57,189 nt of DNA from Candidatus Brennerbacteria bacterium. GTDB taxonomy: Bacteria > Patescibacteriota > Minisyncoccia > UBA6257 > GWB1-50-10. Location: positions 1-57,189 of the forward strand of contig JACPEK010000005.1 of NCBI GenBank assembly GCA_016183535.1. Reading direction: 5' to 3'. Below, one piece after another: positions 1 to 10,129 of this stretch. Position 1 is the first letter of the stretch. Each line of letters begins with the position of its first letter. Under the pieces are notes generated by a model. The model saw nothing but the letters and a program-made list of their open reading frames with translations. It was not told the DNA's origin and made no database searches. Both the position numbers and the translations under genes were made by a program.

Positions 1-22
1 AAACATCGGCTCGAACCATATT

Positions 23-739
23 TTGAATTTTGGGGGAAAGAAAATTTTTAATTCTATGTTTGATTTTGATAAAGCAACTGAAAATGTTGGTGGGTGGTTG
101 ACAGAAGCCGAAGGTCTTTCTTTGTATAACGCTGCTAAAAAAATCAAACATGGGAATGTAGTTGTTGAGATTGGCTCTTGGAAAGGAAAATCTACTATTT
201 GCCTCGGTAATGGTTCTAAAGACGGAAACAAGGTCAAAATTTTTGCCGTTGATCCACATATTGGTTCCTCTGAACATCAAAAAATGTTCAATAATAAAGT
301 TGATACGTTTGAGGAGTTTAAGCAAAACATAAATAGAGCCGGAATTGCTGAATTTGTTGAACCAATTAGAGATACGTCCGAAAATGCGGCAAGAAATTTT
401 AGCCAAAAAATTGAGTTTATTTTTATTGACGGTGCTCATGAGTATAGTTTTGTTAGATTAGATTTTAGATTGTGGTTTCCAAGAGTAATGAATAACGGAG
501 TTTTGGCTTTCCATGATTCTTGGCACTTTATTGGCCCGAATCTAGCAACAGCAATTCCTTTACTGACTTCCTCTAAAATTAAAAATCCGCACTTGGTTGA
601 TACCACTACATATTTTGAAAAAGTAGAAAAAAATTCTTTATTTGATCGTTTGAAAAATATTATTTTTGTCATATATCGCACATTGTTTGGCATAAGTGGA
701 TTTTTAAGATTAAAATATCAAGGTAGTAAAGTTATTTGA
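23..739 (+). CDS. class I SAM-dependent methyltransferase (Methyltransf_24/TylF-like)
   Basis: 238-aa ORF. SAM-binding motif VVEIGSWKGKST, then IFAVDPH and FIDGAHEY. Start is TTG at 23 or ATG at 56. Clearly AT-richer than adjacent DNA. Confidence 0.7.
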   Translation: MNFGGKKIFNSMFDFDKATENVGGWLTEAEGLSLYNAAKKIKHGNVVVEIGSWKGKSTICLGNGSKDGNKVKIFAVDPHIGSSEHQKMFNNKVDTFEEFKQNINRAGIAEFVEPIRDTSENAARNFSQKIEFIFIDGAHEYSFVRLDFRLWFPRVMNNGVLAFHDSWHFIGPNLATAIPLLTSSKIKNPHLVDTTTYFEKVEKNSLFDRLKNIIFVIYRTLFGISGFLRLKYQGSKVI

Positions 740-913
740 ACTTGCCGCCAAAGAAAAACTTGAAATTGTCAGCGGTGCGGCTCCGCCGCCTTTCCGAATT
801 TTCGCGGGGGGTTTTCCTCGCCGCCGCAGGCGGCGAAATGCGTTCGAACTACTTTTAGAATACAGCACCAGAATAAAACTAGACGGCTTGGTGCCACGTT
901 ATAATCAGTCCAC

Positions 914-1174
914 ATGTTCGACATCTTCTTCCCGCGCCGCGATCAAAAGGCCATGAACGCGAAAAACCTTGAGAAGCTCCTCAAGGAAATCTCCGCACTC
1001 TCGCCCGAAGAACGCGAATACGTGAAGGCGGCATTTAGTCGTTTTCAAACGAACGGGATTTCGAAACTTGAGGCGGAACAGGCAATCCGCAATCTCAAAT
1101 TAAACTTCCGCGACACTCTCGATCCCGCCGAGGTGGAAAAAGTGAAGCTCAAAATCCTCTCGTTTTTCGTCTAG
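914..1174 (+). CDS. hypothetical small protein (86 aa)
   Basis: ORF with host-like composition, followed by a 46-nt palindrome. No recognisable motif. Confidence 0.4.
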   Translation: MFDIFFPRRDQKAMNAKNLEKLLKEISALSPEEREYVKAAFSRFQTNGISKLEAEQAIRNLKLNFRDTLDPAEVEKVKLKILSFFV

Positions 1175-1184
1175 CTTATCACAA

Positions 1185-1230
1185 GAACAAAAGAGCGTGC
1201 TATACCTAGGTATAGCACGCTCTTTTGTTC
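1185..1230. terminator. 46-nt perfect palindrome between convergent genes (bidirectional terminator candidate)
   Basis: GAACAAAAGAGCGTGCTATACC|TAGGTATAGCACGCTCTTTTGTTC, with 23-nt arms. Confidence 0.6.
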
Positions 1231-1263
1231 AGAATCCCGCTCTGCCCGAAAAAATGGCGGGGG

Positions 1264-1812
1264 TTAGGACGAGGTTTGCTTCGGAATTTTCACAAGAAAC
1301 AAGTGCACCGCGAGCGCGGAAACGACGCCCGCCACGGCGCCCGCGAGAACGTCGGTCGGCCAATGGACGCCCACGATGACGCGCGCCACGCCGTTTATGA
1401 GCGCGAGCGCAAAAAACCAGTATCCCCATTTCCGGTTGATGAACCACGCGGCCATCGCGAGCGCAAACAGGGCCGCGGCATGACCCGAAGGGAATGCCGA
1501 GGTCGCGCTTTGCTCGATCAAAGGTTCAAACTGAAGTGTGATGAAGGGGCGCGCACGACCGACAAAGTAACGGACAGCCTCGGTTATCAATCCCCGCGAA
1601 ACGAGAATGGCGAGCGTAAGGAAAATAACGTGCTCCGCTTTCTTGATGCTCGCCCGGCCGCCCGCAAGATGCGGGGGGGTGCGAAACGCAAGCGCGAGGG
1701 CCGCGAGCGCGAGCGCCCACGGGAGATAGTCGGCCGCCACAATCGCGAGCCAATCGCCGATCGTCGAAACCCTGGCAAGCGAGTGAAAAAAATTAAAAAC
1801 AACGGTATCCAT
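1264..1812 (-). CDS. PAP2-family phosphatase (undecaprenyl-diphosphatase-like membrane protein)
   Basis: PSGHAA and ARVIVGVHWPTDV motifs (PAP2 signature). Multiple TM segments. ATG at 1812 preferred over the TTG at 1857 used by the ORF track. Confidence 0.8.
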   Translation of the reverse strand: MDTVVFNFFHSLARVSTIGDWLAIVAADYLPWALALAALALAFRTPPHLAGGRASIKKAEHVIFLTLAILVSRGLITEAVRYFVGRARPFITLQFEPLIEQSATSAFPSGHAAALFALAMAAWFINRKWGYWFFALALINGVARVIVGVHWPTDVLAGAVAGVVSALAVHLFLVKIPKQTSS

Positions 1813-1817
1813 GTCGG

Positions 1818-1890
1818 TAAAATTGTAAATCCGAAATCCCTTCCTACCGGCAGGCAAGCTAAACTCTAAACAATTCCAAACTCCAACCCC
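1818..1890. repeat. family-2 repeat (CTAAA/TTTAG-rich) with central GC hairpin
   Basis: GTAAATCCGAAATCC-CTTCCTACCGGCAGGCAAG-CTAAACTCTAAACAATTCCAAACTCCAA. Confidence 0.5.
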
Positions 1891-1891
1891 G

Positions 1892-2104
1892 CTATCGCCT
1901 CACAAAAGGTAACAATCCCATCACCCTCGCCCGCTTGATGCTTCGCGCAAGCATCCGCTGATGTTTCGCGCAAATCCCCGTGTGGCGCGGATCCACGATT
2001 TTAGCCTGGCCCGAAGTGAAACGGCGGAGCGTTTCGACGTTCCGATAGTCAATCACCTTTACGTTCTGCGAACAAAACACACAATGTTTCGTGGGAATTG
2101 GCAT
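1892..2104 (-). CDS. rpsR: 30S ribosomal protein S18
   Basis: CVFCSQNVKVIDYRNVETLRRFTSGQAKI...RSIKRARVMGLLPF; lies in an rpsF-ssb-rpsR arrangement. Confidence 0.95.
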   Translation of the reverse strand: MPIPTKHCVFCSQNVKVIDYRNVETLRRFTSGQAKIVDPRHTGICAKHQRMLARSIKRARVMGLLPFVRR

Positions 2105-2109
2105 GAGAA

Positions 2110-2601
2110 TTAAAACGGAATATTTTCCGGCCTGATGTCGCCCTCGTCAAGGTTGATTTCAGGAAGCGCCTCGTGCGCCAACTCGTCCACGCCCTGCGCG
2201 GATATGGTATTTTTCTGCTCACCCGCATAAGGCGCTCCGCTCGCACGCGGGTTCGTCTCTCCGAAGCCTCCGGCGGCGCGGGGGCCGAACTGCATCCGCT
2301 CGCACACTATCTCGGTGGTAGTGCGGTTTTGCCCTTGTTTGTCTTGCCACGAGCGATTCTGGAGCCGCCCTTCCACCATCGCCATACTTCCCTTTTTCAA
2401 AAATTGGCTCGTGATTTCCGCCTGGCGTCCCCACACCACCACATTGTGAAACTGCACGTCCTCCTGTTTCTGTCCTTGTTTGTCGGTCCAGACGCGGTTT
2501 GTCGCAATACCAAACGAAGCCACCGACTGGCCGCCCGTGGTCGTACGTAGCTGGGGGTCAGCCGTCAAACGGCCTATGAGGAAGACTTTATTTAAATTCA
2601 T
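2110..2601 (-). CDS. ssb: single-stranded DNA-binding protein
   Basis: MNLNKVFLIGRLTADPQLR OB-fold N-terminus, Gly/Pro-rich linker, C-terminal tip DIRPENIPF. Confidence 0.95.
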   Translation of the reverse strand: MNLNKVFLIGRLTADPQLRTTTGGQSVASFGIATNRVWTDKQGQKQEDVQFHNVVVWGRQAEITSQFLKKGSMAMVEGRLQNRSWQDKQGQNRTTTEIVCERMQFGPRAAGGFGETNPRASGAPYAGEQKNTISAQGVDELAHEALPEINLDEGDIRPENIPF

Positions 2602-2698
2602 TGTAATCGCGAATGTTCACTATAGGATTCACGAATTTCACGAATACCATCGTATCATATTTGTGCCATTCGTCCACATTCGTGAGCATTCGTTGCTG

Positions 2699-3106
2699 TT
2701 ACTGCAGTATTTCCTCTATTTTCTTTTCAATTTCCTCGTTCGTGAGAACCGCCGACACGGGGGGGATGATTCGCGGCGGCGCGGGGCGCCTCGATTCCAT
2801 TGGATTCTTTTGTTGCTCCTCGTTTTCAAGGCGGGGAGGGACAGTGATAAGGAAGCGAAGAATGCCGGCGGCAAGCGAAAGCGCGCGAGAAAGAGACTCT
2901 ATTTCTTCAGGCGGAAGAGCGACGCGAAGCGTGCCCATGAACGCAAACGATTCCTTCGCGATTTTAAACTCAAACCGAACTTTTTCGAACGGCTTTTCCT
3001 CGACCAACTCGCCGCGGTGCGCACCCACCGCCGTCTTAACCGGCGCGGCGTTTTCCTCCCTCGAGTAAAAAGCTATCTCGTATTCCCGCTTTTCTGATTC
3101 TTCCAT
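2699..3106 (-). CDS. rpsF: 30S ribosomal protein S6
   Basis: YEIAFYSREEN S6-like N-terminus and position ahead of ssb/rpsR. ATG at 3106 preferred. The alternative GTG at 3130 overlaps the rpoC stop (GTGA). Confidence 0.85.
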   Translation of the reverse strand: MEESEKREYEIAFYSREENAAPVKTAVGAHRGELVEEKPFEKVRFEFKIAKESFAFMGTLRVALPPEEIESLSRALSLAAGILRFLITVPPRLENEEQQKNPMESRRPAPPRIIPPVSAVLTNEEIEKKIEEILQ

Positions 3107-3126
3107 GTGTTTGTCTCGGTAACGTA

Positions 3127-6100
3127 TCACACCCCCTCCGTAGGGTCAATTTTTTCTTCGACGTGAACTGCCACGGACTCCGAGGCCTCCACACTCAAAT
3201 CGCCCGTATGGTCTTCCGCGATGCGCGGGGGTGTGGCATACACCTTGCGCTTGAGGTCCGCGATGTATTCCTGCGGCACCCCGCGCACGCCGGTACCGGC
3301 CGGAATGAGTTTTCCTATGATCACGTTCTCCTTGAGACCGCGGAGCGGGTCACGCTTTCCCTCAATTGCCGCCGCCACGAGTACACGACTCGTTTCTTGG
3401 AATGAAGCGGCAGAGAGGAATGAGAGCGAATCGAGCGCCACCCGCGTAATTCCCATCACTTTGAGCACGGCCTTCGCCGGCGCTTGCTTCTCTCTTTTTG
3501 TTTCGCGGTTCATCTGAACGAACTCCGAACGTTCCACCACGTCGCCGGGCATAAAACTGGTCTCGCCGGGATCTTTCACCACCACCCGCGAGAGCATCTG
3601 CCGCACAATGAGCTCGATGTGTTTGTCATTAATGGCGCCTCCCTCCGGCACATAGATTCGCTGTATCTCGTTCACAATGTAATGCACGAGGGCTTCGAAT
3701 CCGCGATACGCCAAAAGTTCGCGAAGATCGAGGGGTCCCTCGCAGAGTGCCGCGCCTTTTTCCACTCGATCGCCCGCCTTCACGTAGAGCGCTACGTTCG
3801 CCGGCACCGCATATTCATCGTGCGGTTTCTTGGCATGCTTTCCTTTTTTCATCCGCTTTTCCACCGACGGCTTTATCTTGATGATGCGGAGGGATCCTCG
3901 ATCTTCGATCTCTTCCACTGCGCCCTCCGTTTTCACGAGCGGCACCTTTCCTTTCGGCGGACGCGCCTCAAAAATTTCTTCCACTCGCGGAAGACCGTGC
4001 GTGATATCCACACCGGCAACCCCGCCGATGTGGAAAGTGCGCAGAGTAAGCTGGGTGCCCGGCTCGCCGATCGATTGGGCCGCGACGATTCCCACCGCTT
4101 CGCCAACCTCGACCAATTTATTCTTCGAAAGATCGAGTCCGTAGCAGGCGGCACAGATACCTAAAGGAGTCTTGCAGGAAATCGGCGAACGAACTTTCAC
4201 CTCCGCGAGTCCGGATTGCTGGATTGCGGCCGCGACCTCGCGGGTAATGACGCCTCCCGCCCGCACCACGAGTTTGCGTTCCACCCGGATGTCTTCGAGC
4301 GCCGTGCGCGCGTAGAGCCGTTCTCCGAACGCGAACCCGTATTCGTCTCCCTCTTTGCGCACAACCGTAATACCTTCTTTCGCCCCGCAATCTTCTTCCT
4401 GGATGACGAGGTCTTGCGCCACGTCAACGAGGCGACGCGTGAGATATCCGGCCGATGCGGTTTTGAGCGCGGTGTCGGTGGTGCCTTTTCTCGCACCGTG
4501 GGTCGAGATGAAATATTCGAGCACGGTGAGGCCCTCTTTGTAGGAAGATTTTACGGGAAGCTCGATGATCTGACCCTTCGGGTCCTGCACCAAACCCTTC
4601 ATCCCCATCATCTGCGTCGGTTGAGACCATGACCCACGAGCCCCCGAATCAATGATGGTATAGATGGGGTTCCCAGGATCAAGCGTCTTGGGCATAAGCT
4701 TCGCGATCTGATTGCGGGTTTCAGTCCATGCCTCGACAATTTTTTCTTGGCGCTCCTCCGCGGTGAGGAACCCTTCATTCCACTGCGACTCAATGACTGC
4801 GATCTGCGACTCCGCTTCGCGTAGAAGCTCATTCTTCTCTTTCGGCACCACGGTGTCCCCCATTCCCCACGTAACTCCCGAGCGGGTGGCATAGTAGAAC
4901 CCGAGATCCTTCATGCGGTCGAGATATTCCTGCGAGCGCTCAATGCTGTAGCGATCAATGAGGCGCGCCACGAGCTTTGAGAGGGTTTTCTTTCCCATGT
5001 GTTCGTTCACAAATCCGAAATCATTCGGGAAAATTTTATTGAAAACAAGACGCCCGTACGTGGTCTCGATGCGTCGCACGCCTGACCCCTCCGCGGAATC
5101 GGCGGACTTGTCCACGAGAGAGGCGGGCGCGCGCATCTCGATTTTCGCGTCGAGCGCAATCGCTCCCACTTCATATGCCAGCGCGGCCTCCCGCTCGTCG
5201 GTGAATATTGTTCCCTCGCCTTTCGCGCCGGACACCGCGCGGGTGAGCACGTAGAGCCCCAACACAATGTCTTGCGTCGGTGAGACGATAGGATCGCCGT
5301 TCGCGGGTTTCAAAAGGTTCCGCCCCGCGTTCATAAGCTCGGATGCTTCATACTGCGCCTCAAGTGTGAGGGGAAGATGCACCGCCATCTGGTCACCATC
5401 GAAGTCCGCGTTGAACGCCGAACAAACCGCGGGAGGAATGCGGATCGCAAGGTCCTCGATGAGGAGCGGGCGGAACGCCTGAATCCCCAGTCGGTGCAGG
5501 GTCGGCGCGCGGTTCAGGAGCACCTTCTTGTGCGCGATGACTTCCTCGAGAATTTCCCACACCTCGGGCGAGCCCTGCTCAATGAAGCGATTCGCCTGCT
5601 TGATGTTGTAGGCGAGCCCGCGGTCGATGATTTTATTGATGACAAAATGCCGGAAGAGTTCAAGCGCCATCGTTTTCGGGAGTCCGCACTCGTTGAGCTT
5701 CAAGTCGGGGCCCACCACGATCACCGAGCGACCCGAGTAATCCACGCGCTTTCCCAAAAGGTTTTGGCGAAAACGTCCCTGTTTTCCTTTCAAGATGTCC
5801 GCGAGCGAGCGGAGGGGGCGGCGGCGGGTCGAAAGAAGCTGGGTGCCCGCGCGCGATGAATTGTCGATTAGTGCGTCCACCGCTTCCTGCAACATGCGCT
5901 TTTCGTTGGTAATAATGACGTCCGGCGAGCGGAGCTCAATAAGTTTCTTCAAACGATTGTTTCGGTTGATAACGCGCCGGTAGAGATCGTTCAGGTCCGC
6001 GGTCGCGTAGCGGCCGCCATCCAAAGCCACCATAGGTCGCAGATCGGGCGGAAGAACCGGCAGTACGGTAAAGACCATCCATTCCGGGCGAACTCCCGAC

Positions 6101-6873
6101 CGCAGGAATGACCGCACCACCTTGAGACGCCGGAGCACGCGACTCGCTTTCGTTTCGTCTTTCACACCCTCGAGTTCTTTTGCAAGCTGACGAGAAAGCA
6201 TCTTCAGATCGAGATGCTCCAAAATAGTCCGCACCGCGCCGGCTCCCCGATCGGCTTCGAACACGTCGCCAAAACGCTCCGCGAGCGCGTAGTATTCATG
6301 CTCGGAAAGAATGAGGCCTGGCCGGAGCGCATCGAGCGCTTTTTTGAGTTCTGCGCCGCGCGCCACCGCCGATTCGAAATCGGGGCTCCCATCGGTTTTG
6401 AGATTTTTAAGCTCTTTTCCGATCGCGTCCATCGCCCGCTTCCGGTTCTCTTCCCGCACCGCCGTTACGATGAACGACGCGTAATACATCACCTTCTCGA
6501 GCTTCGAGAGGGGGACGTCGATGAGGAGGCTAAGGCGGGAGGGAACGGTGCGGAGAAACCAGATATGCGAAACGGGCGCGGCGAGCGTGATGTGGCCCAT
6601 CCGCTCGCGCCGGACAATGGCGCGCGTCACCTCGACGCCGCATTTCTCGCATACCACGCCCTTGTAGCGGATTTTCTTATATTTGCCGCAGTAACACTCG
6701 TAGTCCTTTGTGGGGCCGAAGATCCGCTCGGAAAACAAACCGTCTTTTTCAGGGCGCTGAGTACGGTAATTTAAGGTTTCCGGCTTTGTAACCTCGCCCT
6801 TCGACCACGCGAGAATCTCCTCGGGGGACGCGAGTTTGATAGTTACGTTTTTAAGACCGTGTCGAGTGTTCAT
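3127..6873 (-). CDS. rpoC: DNA-directed RNA polymerase subunit beta'
   Basis: 1248 aa. Zn-finger [35 protein letters not shown] catalytic motif, trigger-loop region. Confidence 0.98.
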   Translation of the reverse strand: MNTRHGLKNVTIKLASPEEILAWSKGEVTKPETLNYRTQRPEKDGLFSERIFGPTKDYECYCGKYKKIRYKGVVCEKCGVEVTRAIVRRERMGHITLAAPVSHIWFLRTVPSRLSLLIDVPLSKLEKVMYYASFIVTAVREENRKRAMDAIGKELKNLKTDGSPDFESAVARGAELKKALDALRPGLILSEHEYYALAERFGDVFEADRGAGAVRTILEHLDLKMLSRQLAKELEGVKDETKASRVLRRLKVVRSFLRSGVRPEWMVFTVLPVLPPDLRPMVALDGGRYATADLNDLYRRVINRNNRLKKLIELRSPDVIITNEKRMLQEAVDALIDNSSRAGTQLLSTRRRPLRSLADILKGKQGRFRQNLLGKRVDYSGRSVIVVGPDLKLNECGLPKTMALELFRHFVINKIIDRGLAYNIKQANRFIEQGSPEVWEILEEVIAHKKVLLNRAPTLHRLGIQAFRPLLIEDLAIRIPPAVCSAFNADFDGDQMAVHLPLTLEAQYEASELMNAGRNLLKPANGDPIVSPTQDIVLGLYVLTRAVSGAKGEGTIFTDEREAALAYEVGAIALDAKIEMRAPASLVDKSADSAEGSGVRRIETTYGRLVFNKIFPNDFGFVNEHMGKKTLSKLVARLIDRYSIERSQEYLDRMKDLGFYYATRSGVTWGMGDTVVPKEKNELLREAESQIAVIESQWNEGFLTAEERQEKIVEAWTETRNQIAKLMPKTLDPGNPIYTIIDSGARGSWSQPTQMMGMKGLVQDPKGQIIELPVKSSYKEGLTVLEYFISTHGARKGTTDTALKTASAGYLTRRLVDVAQDLVIQEEDCGAKEGITVVRKEGDEYGFAFGERLYARTALEDIRVERKLVVRAGGVITREVAAAIQQSGLAEVKVRSPISCKTPLGICAACYGLDLSKNKLVEVGEAVGIVAAQSIGEPGTQLTLRTFHIGGVAGVDITHGLPRVEEIFEARPPKGKVPLVKTEGAVEEIEDRGSLRIIKIKPSVEKRMKKGKHAKKPHDEYAVPANVALYVKAGDRVEKGAALCEGPLDLRELLAYRGFEALVHYIVNEIQRIYVPEGGAINDKHIELIVRQMLSRVVVKDPGETSFMPGDVVERSEFVQMNRETKREKQAPAKAVLKVMGITRVALDSLSFLSAASFQETSRVLVAAAIEGKRDPLRGLKENVIIGKLIPAGTGVRGVPQEYIADLKRKVYATPPRIAEDHTGDLSVEASESVAVHVEEKIDPTEGV

Positions 6874-6891
6874 AATATTGAGAGGTTGGCG

Positions 6892-9800
6892 TTACGCCAC
6901 ATCCGTAATGCCTTCGGGAAGTTCGTCCGGTTCTCGCCCCTCCTCGGATTCGTAGCTGATCGAGAGTCCGAGTGATTTAATTTCGGAAACAAGCACGCTA
7001 AAGGACGCCGGCACGTTCGGTTTCTTAATGTCCGAACCGCGGATGATGGATTCGAACGCCGCCGAACGGCCGAGCACATCGTCGGATTTGATCGTGAGCA
7101 TCTCCTGCAACGTGTGTGCCGCGCCGTAGCCCTCCAAAGCCCATACCTCCATTTCCCCGAACCGCTGGCCGCCGAGCTGGGCTTTGCCGCCCAAAGGCTG
7201 TTGGGTAATCAAAGAATAAGGGCCGGTGGAACGCATATGGATTTTATCTTCCACGAGGTGATGAAGTTTCATGATGTAAATGTAGCCGACTGTCACGGGA
7301 TCCTTGAATTTTTCTCCGGTCACGCCGTCCCAAAGATCCACCTTGCCGGTTTCAGGAATTCCGGCCGCTTTGAGTTCTTCCTTGATATCCTCTTCCGTCG
7401 CGCCCACAAAGTTTGGCACCGCGGCGTGATACCCAAGCTTTGCCGCGGCGAATCCAAGATGCGTTTCGAGAATCTGTCCGAGATTCATACGCGAGGCGAC
7501 TCCAAGGGGGTTCAGGATGACATCGACCGGCGTGCCGTCCGCAAGGTGGGGCATATCCTCGACCGGCCGGATCTGCGAAATAACGCCTTTGTTGCCGTGC
7601 CGCCCCGCAAGCTTGTCGCCCGCGCGCACCTTCCGGAGTTGGGCAACTTCGATCTGTACCTTTTTAATAATCCCGGGTTCGAGTTTGTCGCCGCGCTCGC
7701 GGGAGAAAATCTTAATGCCGATCACGCGGCCCTGCTTGCCGTGCGGCAAGGTGAGCGAGGTATCCTTCACGTCGCGCGCCTTCTCCCCGAAAATCGCACG
7801 GAGTAGGCGCTCCTCGGAGGTGAGCTCCGATTCTCCTTTCGGCGAAATTTTTCCGACCAGGATATCGCCGGGACGAACCTCCGCGCCAATGCGCACGATG
7901 CCCTCTTCGTCAAGATTGCGGAGTTTGTCTTCCGCAACGTTCGGGATATCCATGGTGGTGATCTCCGGCCCAAGTTTCGTGTCGCGCACCGCGCATACAA
8001 ACGTTTCGATGTGAATCGAGGTGAAGCGATCCTCTTCCGCAACGCGCTCCGAGAGAATAATCGCGTCTTCGAAGTTCCGGCCGCGCCACGGGAGAAACGC
8101 CACGAGAAGATTCTGGCCGAGCGCGAGCACTCCATCTTTGGTGGCGGGGCCATCGGCGAGCACAGCTCCTTTTTTCACGTTGTCGCCCACCCCGACGACC
8201 GGGCGCTGGGAAAGACAAGTAGTCGCGTTCGACCGCACAAAATTGACGAGCGGATATTTCTCAATGCCTTTCGCGGTTTTGAGGGCGATGGCATGCGCTT
8301 CCGCTTCCATCACCACACCATCCGATTCCGCGAGTACGACTCGCTGGGAATCGCGGGCCGCGCGTACCTCTTCACCCGTGCCCACCAAGGGCACCTCGGG
8401 ACGGATCGACGGGACCGCCTGACGCTGCATGTTGGACCCCATAAGCGCCCGGTTCGCGTCGTCATGCTCGAGAAATGGAATAAGCGAAGTTGAGATGCTC
8501 GCGAGCTCGGTCGGCGACACGTCAATATATTCGATCTCTTCCCGTCGGCAGGTTCCGGCTTCCCCACGCACCCGCGCGGGCACGATGGGTGCGATTATTT
8601 TTCCGTTTGTGTCGCGTGCAGCGTCCGCCTGGGCGATGTTCGCCCGCTGTTCTTCGAATGCGTCGAGCCATACGACATCTTCCGCCACTTTCCCTTCTTT
8701 CACTTTGAAATAGGGGCTTTCGAGGAAACCAAATTCGTTCACGCGGGCGTAACTCGCGAGCGCCGACACAAGCCCGATGTTCGCCCCTTCGGGAGTTTGG
8801 ATGGGGCAGATGCGACCGTAGTACGAGGAGTGCACATCGCGCACCTCGAATCCCGCCCGCTCGCGGGTGAGTCCGCCCGGCCCCATCGCGGAAAGACGCC
8901 GTTTATGTTCGAGTTCCGCAAGCGGGTTTACTTGATCCATAAACTGGGAAAGTTGTGAGGATGAAAAGAAGTCCCTCACCACGGAGGTGATGAGTTTGTA
9001 ATTCACGAGTTGGACGGGCTGGAGCGCGCTCCGGTCGAGGGTAGACATACGATCCTGCACCCCGCGGCGGAGACGGGCGAACCCCACCCGCAGACGCGAC
9101 TGTACGAGCTCGCCGACCGCACGGATACGCCGGTTGCCAAGGTGATCAATATCGTCGGACTCTGCGGCAGGATCGTTGTTCAGGCGGATCACCTCTTTCA
9201 TGATCGCGACGAGATCCTCGCGGTCGAGAAGTCCGCTCTCTTTCTTTATGAGATCAAGTCGTTGGTTTGTTTTGAACCGGCCAACACGGGAGAGATCGTA
9301 TCGGTCGAACCGGAAAAATATAGACTCAACGAACGAGCGGGCGTTCTCGGGCGTGGTGAGGTCGCCAGGGCGGAGGCGGTGGTAAAGACCTACGAACGCC
9401 GAGGGGCGATCTTTCGCTTCGTCTTTTTTAAGCGTGGCTTCAAGGTAGCGAAGCGGGCCCGTGTCGGCGTCTCGGAACGCGGTCAATATATCTTCCGTCG
9501 TATCGAAACCGAACGCGCGGAGCAGTTGGGTGACGGGCGCCTTCCGTTTGCGGTCTATCTTCACGCCGATAAAACCGTCGGATTCTGTTTCTAACTCGAG
9601 CCACGCGCCGCGGTTCGGGATAACCTTCGCGCTGAAAAGCTTTTTCCCGCGGAACGCGCTTCCTGAAAAATACACGCCGGGCGACCGAACCAGTTGGGAC
9701 ACCACGACTCGCTCAACCCCGTTAATGATGAAGGTCCCCTGCTTCGTCATGAGGGGAAAATCGCCGAGATACACTTCCTGCACTTCCGCCCGCTTCGTCG

Positions 9801-10083
9801 CGACATGCACGAGTTTCAACTTCACGCGGAGCGCCGCTTCATATGTCTGATCCTTGTCCTTCGCCTGGAGCTCGGAGTATTTCGGCTCGTCGAATTTAAA
9901 ATCAAGAAAATGGAGTTCGAGCTCGCCGCCGGTATGATCCCGGATGGGAGAAATCTCGTCGAGAAGCTCGCGGAGCCCGTGACTCAAAAACCATTCGTAC
10001 GAACGTGTTTGAACCTCGACGAGATTCGGCAAGGGATACGAGTATCCGCGATAGGACGAAAATGTTTTGGGCTTATACGCCAT
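6892..10083 (-). CDS. rpoB: DNA-directed RNA polymerase subunit beta
   Basis: 1063 aa. GNRRIR, RERAGFEVRDVH, LAGRHGNKGVIS and KSDDVLGR motifs. Lies 18 nt upstream of rpoC. Confidence 0.98.
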   Translation of the reverse strand: MAYKPKTFSSYRGYSYPLPNLVEVQTRSYEWFLSHGLRELLDEISPIRDHTGGELELHFLDFKFDEPKYSELQAKDKDQTYEAALRVKLKLVHVATKRAEVQEVYLGDFPLMTKQGTFIINGVERVVVSQLVRSPGVYFSGSAFRGKKLFSAKVIPNRGAWLELETESDGFIGVKIDRKRKAPVTQLLRAFGFDTTEDILTAFRDADTGPLRYLEATLKKDEAKDRPSAFVGLYHRLRPGDLTTPENARSFVESIFFRFDRYDLSRVGRFKTNQRLDLIKKESGLLDREDLVAIMKEVIRLNNDPAAESDDIDHLGNRRIRAVGELVQSRLRVGFARLRRGVQDRMSTLDRSALQPVQLVNYKLITSVVRDFFSSSQLSQFMDQVNPLAELEHKRRLSAMGPGGLTRERAGFEVRDVHSSYYGRICPIQTPEGANIGLVSALASYARVNEFGFLESPYFKVKEGKVAEDVVWLDAFEEQRANIAQADAARDTNGKIIAPIVPARVRGEAGTCRREEIEYIDVSPTELASISTSLIPFLEHDDANRALMGSNMQRQAVPSIRPEVPLVGTGEEVRAARDSQRVVLAESDGVVMEAEAHAIALKTAKGIEKYPLVNFVRSNATTCLSQRPVVGVGDNVKKGAVLADGPATKDGVLALGQNLLVAFLPWRGRNFEDAIILSERVAEEDRFTSIHIETFVCAVRDTKLGPEITTMDIPNVAEDKLRNLDEEGIVRIGAEVRPGDILVGKISPKGESELTSEERLLRAIFGEKARDVKDTSLTLPHGKQGRVIGIKIFSRERGDKLEPGIIKKVQIEVAQLRKVRAGDKLAGRHGNKGVISQIRPVEDMPHLADGTPVDVILNPLGVASRMNLGQILETHLGFAAAKLGYHAAVPNFVGATEEDIKEELKAAGIPETGKVDLWDGVTGEKFKDPVTVGYIYIMKLHHLVEDKIHMRSTGPYSLITQQPLGGKAQLGGQRFGEMEVWALEGYGAAHTLQEMLTIKSDDVLGRSAAFESIIRGSDIKKPNVPASFSVLVSEIKSLGLSISYESEEGREPDELPEGITDVA

Positions 10084-10129
10084 TTATCAGTGGATATTGC
10101 TTATTGGTCTTCTTGGGCCTATAGGTGTT

